Source: an uncultured Gammaproteobacteria bacterium (GTDB taxonomy: Bacteria; Patescibacteriota; Patescibacteriia; JAHIZJ01). Taken from it: DNA of 64,000 nucleotides. The position numbers and the translations under genes were made by a program. Below, piece after piece: positions 62,660 through 64,000 of this stretch (its first letter is position 1; every line of letters starts with the position of its first letter). A model generated the notes under the pieces. The model saw only the letters and a program-made list of their open reading frames with translations, had not been told where the DNA came from and made no database searches. Where the stretch lies: assembly GCA_964594455.1 (NCBI GenBank), contig CAZQLY010000001.1, positions 69,989-133,988 of the forward strand. Direction: 5' to 3'.

Positions 62660-63535
62660 CGTTTTTTTAATAAAGAAAAAGGGGCGGAGACTCTTCCGGA
62701 TGTAGCAAGCTACAGCCGTGTGAGTCTTTACCGCCCCGGGCATTCGGACCGGGAAATGAAGACGCGGAGTGCGTCATCGGGGGTTGCTGTCGGCCCGTCA
62801 GTTGACGCACCTGAGCACAGACTTATCACCCCGAACCGGAGTAACTTGCCCCGAGAAATGATGGCCCGAATGTGTTGAGTGGCGAGGGGGCGGGCCGGCA
62901 AGAATGGCCCCATGGCCGGCTTTCGAAAGATGGTCGCCCCCTCGCACACTCGATGTCTTCTTTTTTCAAAATATCGGTTTCTACGCCCCCTCTTGACCGA
63001 ACCACATCGTTGGAACGGTTATAAGGCGGCGTACCTCTCTCAGCGCCATGATCCTGGATCGACCAGGCGGTGAAGCCGAGAAAGCACAGATAGACACTAG
63101 CCGCGCGGATTTATGTCCATTTGCGACCCCCAAGGATTTCGGAGGATTACGCCTTCGTAGCCCAGGCGCAGGGGGACATAGAGTTTAGAGGAATTTTTAG
63201 GGCCCCCCAGCGGTTTGTCCAGTTTACCGACTGGCCCAAGTACTGTAGTTTCTGGTCAGCATCGGAGTATCTCCGTACCACACGCGTGTGTGGCATAGGC
63301 CGTTGCACGGCGGATCGGGACGGCAGTCCCATGTCAGCCGCTGGTTTCAGGTGACGGGATACAACGGGTAGCTTGAACGAATCGAGTTGACCGCGTAATA
63401 CCTGCTACCTGTCCAATGGACCTTACCTCCTCTCTTGAGAGTCTAGAGTTAAGCCAGAATAGATGGGTGGACCGGAAGATCCAACCGCCAACCATGCTGG
63501 CATTGGCAACAAAAACAACAACTTTGGTATTATAC
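62660..63535. other. ~870-nt GC-rich (~58%) ORF-less element with long perfect stems (candidate large structured ncRNA or degenerate foreign DNA)
   Basis: No ORF longer than 77 aa in any frame. GGGGCGGAGACTC...GAGTCTTTACCGCCCC hairpin at the 5' edge. GAGTGGCGAGGGGGCG...CGCCCCCTCGCACACTC is a ~17-bp stem enclosing GCCGGC...GCCGGC. A sharp compositional boundary on both sides. Confidence 0.3.
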
Positions 63536-63622
63536 ATTATCCACCTTTCTTGTCAATAGACCTGGATAAAATAAGCTTAAAATGTTATTAATAAATAGTA
63601 GACTAAACATTAAAATATATAT

Positions 63623-64000
63623 ATGAGTAAAAATATTTACAACATATTGATGGTGCTTGGTTCTATTAGATCTAACAGAAAAGGGATTATGGTTGCTCGC
63701 TGGCTCGAAAAGGAAATAAAGAAAAAGGGTCATAATATAGAATTTGTTGATCTAAAAGAAAAAGATTTACCTATAATGGATAAAAGATTCCAAGATTATG
63801 ATGCTGGCCAGGCACCAAAATTTTTGACTGATTTACACAAAAAGATGGAGCAAGCCGATGGATTTATTTTTATAACTCCTGAGTATAACCATGCTATATC
63901 TTCAGCCTTGAAGAATTTTTTGGATTATTTTTTTCGTGAATATTTTTTCAAACCAGCTGCTCTATCCAGCTATTCCACTGGGGCAACTGCTGGGATCAGG
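63623..64000 (+). CDS. NAD(P)H-dependent FMN reductase (flavodoxin-like), 3' end lies outside the window
   Basis: 'LMVLGSIRSNRKG' and 'FIFITPEYNHAISSALKNFLDY' match the NADPH-dependent FMN reductase family. The ORF runs off the window end. Confidence 0.55.
   Translation, partial: MSKNIYNILMVLGSIRSNRKGIMVARWLEKEIKKKGHNIEFVDLKEKDLPIMDKRFQDYDAGQAPKFLTDLHKKMEQADGFIFITPEYNHAISSALKNFLDYFFREYFFKPAALSSYSTGATAGIR

Noticed and set aside
62660-63535. GC-rich block considered as an rRNA gene, RNase P RNA, or decayed protein genes
   Set aside because: It is too short for 16S or 23S rRNA and too long for 5S. The RNase P consensus regions (GNAAAGUCCGGGC, AGGGUGAAA..GGUAAGAGCGCACC, ACAGAANCCGGCUUA) are not present in the right order. 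No protein-like ORF fragments are recognisable. It is kept as an unclassified structured element.
1-64000. CRISPR arrays, IS elements or transposases, integrases, tRNA genes
   Set aside because: No regularly spaced direct repeats, no transposase or integrase-like ORFs, and no tRNA cloverleaf candidates were found. The only tRNA-like structure is the 3' domain of the tmRNA.

Overview
The window is an AT-rich (~38% GC), gene-dense bacterial segment, almost entirely on the + strand. Its content (several aminoacyl-tRNA synthetases, standalone receiver domains, an A/V-type ATPase operon, compact genes) resembles CPR/Patescibacteria-like genomes, but that placement is an inference. Housekeeping genes recognised from motifs include argS, ileS, glyQS, metG, tgt, recO, rsmI, tatD, rmuC, cvpA, infC-rpmI-rplT, smpB with an adjacent tmRNA, a zur-znuACB zinc-uptake cluster, an ABC/FtsX transporter pair, a PspC/LiaF-like envelope-stress pair, a membrane-anchored ClpC-like ATPase and a nine-gene A/V-type ATPase operon. 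The main finding is a Type I restriction-modification locus (hsdM, hsdS, hsdR, 21.1-31.0 kb) that carries embedded gene cassettes. Cassette A encodes an ABC-ATPase-Toprim (OLD/PARIS/GajA-like) protein and a small partner. Cassette B encodes a small 3-TM protein and a ThsB-like TIR-domain protein. A HEPN-motif gene sits between hsdS and hsdR and a DUF45 metallopeptidase follows hsdR. The cassettes are delimited by direct repeats of the hsdM 3' end and the hsdS 5' end. An in-frame chimeric ORF (hsdS 5' end joined to hsdM 3' end) was formed at a 12-nt microhomology. Also notable are several short high-GC islets (50-58% GC), some probably horizontally acquired, and an ~870-nt GC-rich ORF-less element with long perfect stems at 62.66-63.54 kb. 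No CRISPR array, transposase or tRNA gene was found.
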